A stretch of 46,111 nt of DNA from an uncultured Candidatus Rokubacteria bacterium (GTDB lineage Bacteria > Methylomirabilota > Methylomirabilia > Rokubacteriales > CSP1-6). Position 1 is the stretch's first letter. Each line of letters starts with the position of its first letter. This document shows, one piece after another, positions 44,199 through 46,111 of this stretch. Under the pieces are notes generated by a model. It was given only the letters and a program-made list of their open reading frames with translations. It searched no databases and was not told the DNA's origin. The stretch is from contig CAWBMV010000008.1 in NCBI GenBank assembly GCA_963789955.1, positions 1 through 46,111 of the forward strand, in the 5' to 3' direction. Position numbers and translations under genes: made by a program.

Positions 44199-44447
44199 TC
44201 AGCGAGGCTCCTTGGCTTTGAGCTCGGAGTCGTGGGTCTTGATGAAGGCGCGGATGTCGTCGGCCAGGTCGAGCAGCTTGGTCCACTGCTCTTTATAGAG
44301 GGTGACGGGAAACCGGCCGAGCCCGTAGACGGAGACTCCGCCCTTCTCGCTGACCTTCATCGAGATGCCGCGTGTGGCCTGGGCCTTCAGCGCGGCGTTC
44401 TCGGCTTTGAGTCGCTCGACTTCCGCGTGCAGCGTGTCGTCAGCCAT
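44199..44447 (-). CDS. Small conserved hypothetical protein (coiled coil + KVSEKGGVSVYGLGRFPVTLY domain)
   Basis: 82-aa ORF from ATG 44447 with a GAGGAG RBS; sequence recalled as a widespread uncharacterised family. Confidence 0.75.
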   Translation of the reverse strand: MADDTLHAEVERLKAENAALKAQATRGISMKVSEKGGVSVYGLGRFPVTLYKEQWTKLLDLADDIRAFIKTHDSELKAKEPR

Positions 44448-44515
44448 CGTCGCTCTCCTCGGACCTAGCATCTCACAGGAGGTGACGAAGGCGTGGCCTT
44501 CACCGTGAGCCGAGC

Positions 44516-45820
44516 TCACCCTCCCGCGCACCGAGGATGCAAGACGTCGATCGCGTACCCGAGCTTGAGACGCTCCCCGCCCCATCCGGGCGTCGCGGTG
44601 TGCGCGCGAATGGCGAGACCTTCCATATCGTTCCGTGCTCGTAGCACGCCCGCCGGATGGTCAGGGACTCCAGCCGGGAGTGGCACTTCGGGAAGAATTC
44701 GACCGTCCGGACGGCGAAAGCAAACCTCACCGTCCGCCCCTCGAACGACTCGATAGCCTTCCTCGTGAACCGCTCGATGATGCCGGCGACACAGTAGAGC
44801 GAGATTCGAAAGCGTGGTTGGGCCTCCCTGCGCCCAGTGACGGATGTGATGGCCTTGTCCGAACCGCACGCCGCAGCCCGGAAAGCGACAACCACGGTCG
44901 CGATGATGTAACGCACGCCGTAGCGCGGGAGGAATCGTCCGATTTCGCGCGCCGACCTCTACGACCCGTCCGTCGGCGGCGTGTTGCATCAGCACGCGAC
45001 TCGCGTCGCACGCCAGACGTTGAGACGTTTCCGCGGAAACGCGCGCACCGTCTTCGAGGACGGACTGGCCCGGCGCGTCCGGGTCGGCCAGCACCGGGGC
45101 GTCGACGTGCACCACCACCTGGTAACGCTCCCCTGACGCGCCCGGATCGACGCCGTGATGCAACGCCGTCTCCGCGAGCAGGGCCAGAGCGTCGCCCTGT
45201 TGCTGCGCCATCGTGGGCGTTTCCGCGGAAACGTCGATCGGCGCATCGAAGGTTTGCTGGCGGCCCTGCTCGTATAGCGCTTCGCGGGCTGCATCCAGGG
45301 CCCGCATGAGGACGGCCCCGGCCTCGGGTGTCAGTCGTCCGCGGACGACGACCATGCCGTCCTCGTCTTGATACACATGGAGAGCGCGGCTCGTGTGACG
45401 GCGCTGCTCCTCGTACGCCTCTGCCTTGCGATCCACCCGGCGCCAGCCGCGCACGATACGCTCGACATGCTCAGCGGTGCCGGCGCGCCCAACCGCCAGC
45501 AGCCGTTCCTCGGTCTCGGCCGTGGCCACGCGAGTCAGCGCGCGAATCTTGGCGTATGAGAGCTCGCCATGCGCCAGAGCCCGCGCGAGCCGGGGCAAGG
45601 TCTCGAGCGCGTGTGCCACGCGAACACGCTCGCGGGCCGCGCCGAGATCGAGACCGACGCGCCAGCTCAGCCAGGCCGCGCACGAGCGGAAGCCGTTGTT
45701 CCAGCCTTTGCGGGCATCGAACTCGCGGATGAGATCAAGGAGCCGAGCGGTCGCGGCATCGAGGTGGGCCGAGAGCTCGGCGATCTCGTCGCCGAGTCGA
45801 TCGAGCGAGCACTCTTCCAT
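44516..45820 (-). CDS. DUF222 + HNH endonuclease (REP13E12/Rv1128c-like)
   Basis: LIREFDARKGW..GFRSCAAWLSWRVG, RLACDA, RRALHHRDRGCRFPGC...GHHIRHWAQGGPTTLSNLALLCRRHHRAVHE; AAGGAG RBS before ATG 45820. Confidence 0.9.
   Translation of the reverse strand: MEECSLDRLGDEIAELSAHLDAATARLLDLIREFDARKGWNNGFRSCAAWLSWRVGLDLGAARERVRVAHALETLPRLARALAHGELSYAKIRALTRVATAETEERLLAVGRAGTAEHVERIVRGWRRVDRKAEAYEEQRRHTSRALHVYQDEDGMVVVRGRLTPEAGAVLMRALDAAREALYEQGRQQTFDAPIDVSAETPTMAQQQGDALALLAETALHHGVDPGASGERYQVVVHVDAPVLADPDAPGQSVLEDGARVSAETSQRLACDASRVLMQHAADGRVVEVGARNRTIPPALRRALHHRDRGCRFPGCGVRFGQGHHIRHWAQGGPTTLSNLALLCRRHHRAVHEEGYRVVRGADGEVCFRRPDGRILPEVPLPAGVPDHPAGVLRARNDMEGLAIRAHTATPGWGGERLKLGYAIDVLHPRCAGG
45026..45041. 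repeat. Perfect 16-bp palindrome CGTTTCCGCGGAAACG, copy 1
   Basis: Self-complementary; encodes VSAET in the DUF222-HNH gene. Confidence 0.9.
45218..45233. repeat. Perfect 16-bp palindrome CGTTTCCGCGGAAACG, copy 2
   Basis: Identical to the copy at 45026-45041, 192 bp away; encodes a second VSAET. Confidence 0.9.
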
Positions 45821-46111
45821 GACGAGTCTCCTTCCTAAAGAGACTCTAGACCCGGGTTTCGCGGGCCCCTGGCAAGCTCCAGAAGTCACGATCACAGCTG
45901 CGTCCAGATTTTTCCGACGAGCCACGACGCAGTCGCGCCTTCGTGCGCTCACCGACCGCAGGAGTGACTTTCAGCAGCCTCCGACGACAAGCCAGCACGA
46001 TCTATCAAAAATGCTGTCAACCGAAATCTCACGCAGAGACCGAATGACGACCGACTACGTATCCAAATTCAGACGCTGCGCTCGGCCTCCACGCTACGCC
46101 CCGACTCCACG

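Overview
This is a high-GC bacterial chromosomal segment with about 40 genes. The gene repertoire resembles soil Rokubacteria/Methylomirabilota-type genomes (inference only). Several stretches (924-1490, 5390-9000, 11200-16950, 36600-37400) carry dense single-base indels that look like long-read consensus errors, so many genes had to be rebuilt across frames. Left to right: GT2 glycosyltransferase and AlkP-family hydrolase; pcaH-pcaG-pcaB; a dual-kinase hybrid sensor; aroC; a MaoC-dehydratase/SDR fusion converging on a lower-GC ACP-FkbH-MBOAT-SGNH operon; a zinc-ribbon/class III cyclase/ATPase/TPR protein; many catabolic enzymes; a cupredoxin/lipoprotein pair; Uma2; a selenoprotein hidden by an in-frame TGA; TauD; CMD; an internally deleted serine hydrolase; a copper radical oxidase; and a DUF222-HNH gene. 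The three best leads are: (1) a putative Dlt/Alg-like envelope acylation system fed by FkbH plus DH-KR, predicting glyceryl or lactyl transfer, whose MBOAT ends in the acyl-shuttle motif FLYWQF; (2) a 573-aa UGSC selenoprotein fused to its usual partner domain, with a SECIS-like hairpin; (3) a perfect 16-bp palindrome repeated inside the DUF222-HNH coding sequence. No rRNA, tRNA, CRISPR array or transposase was recognised.
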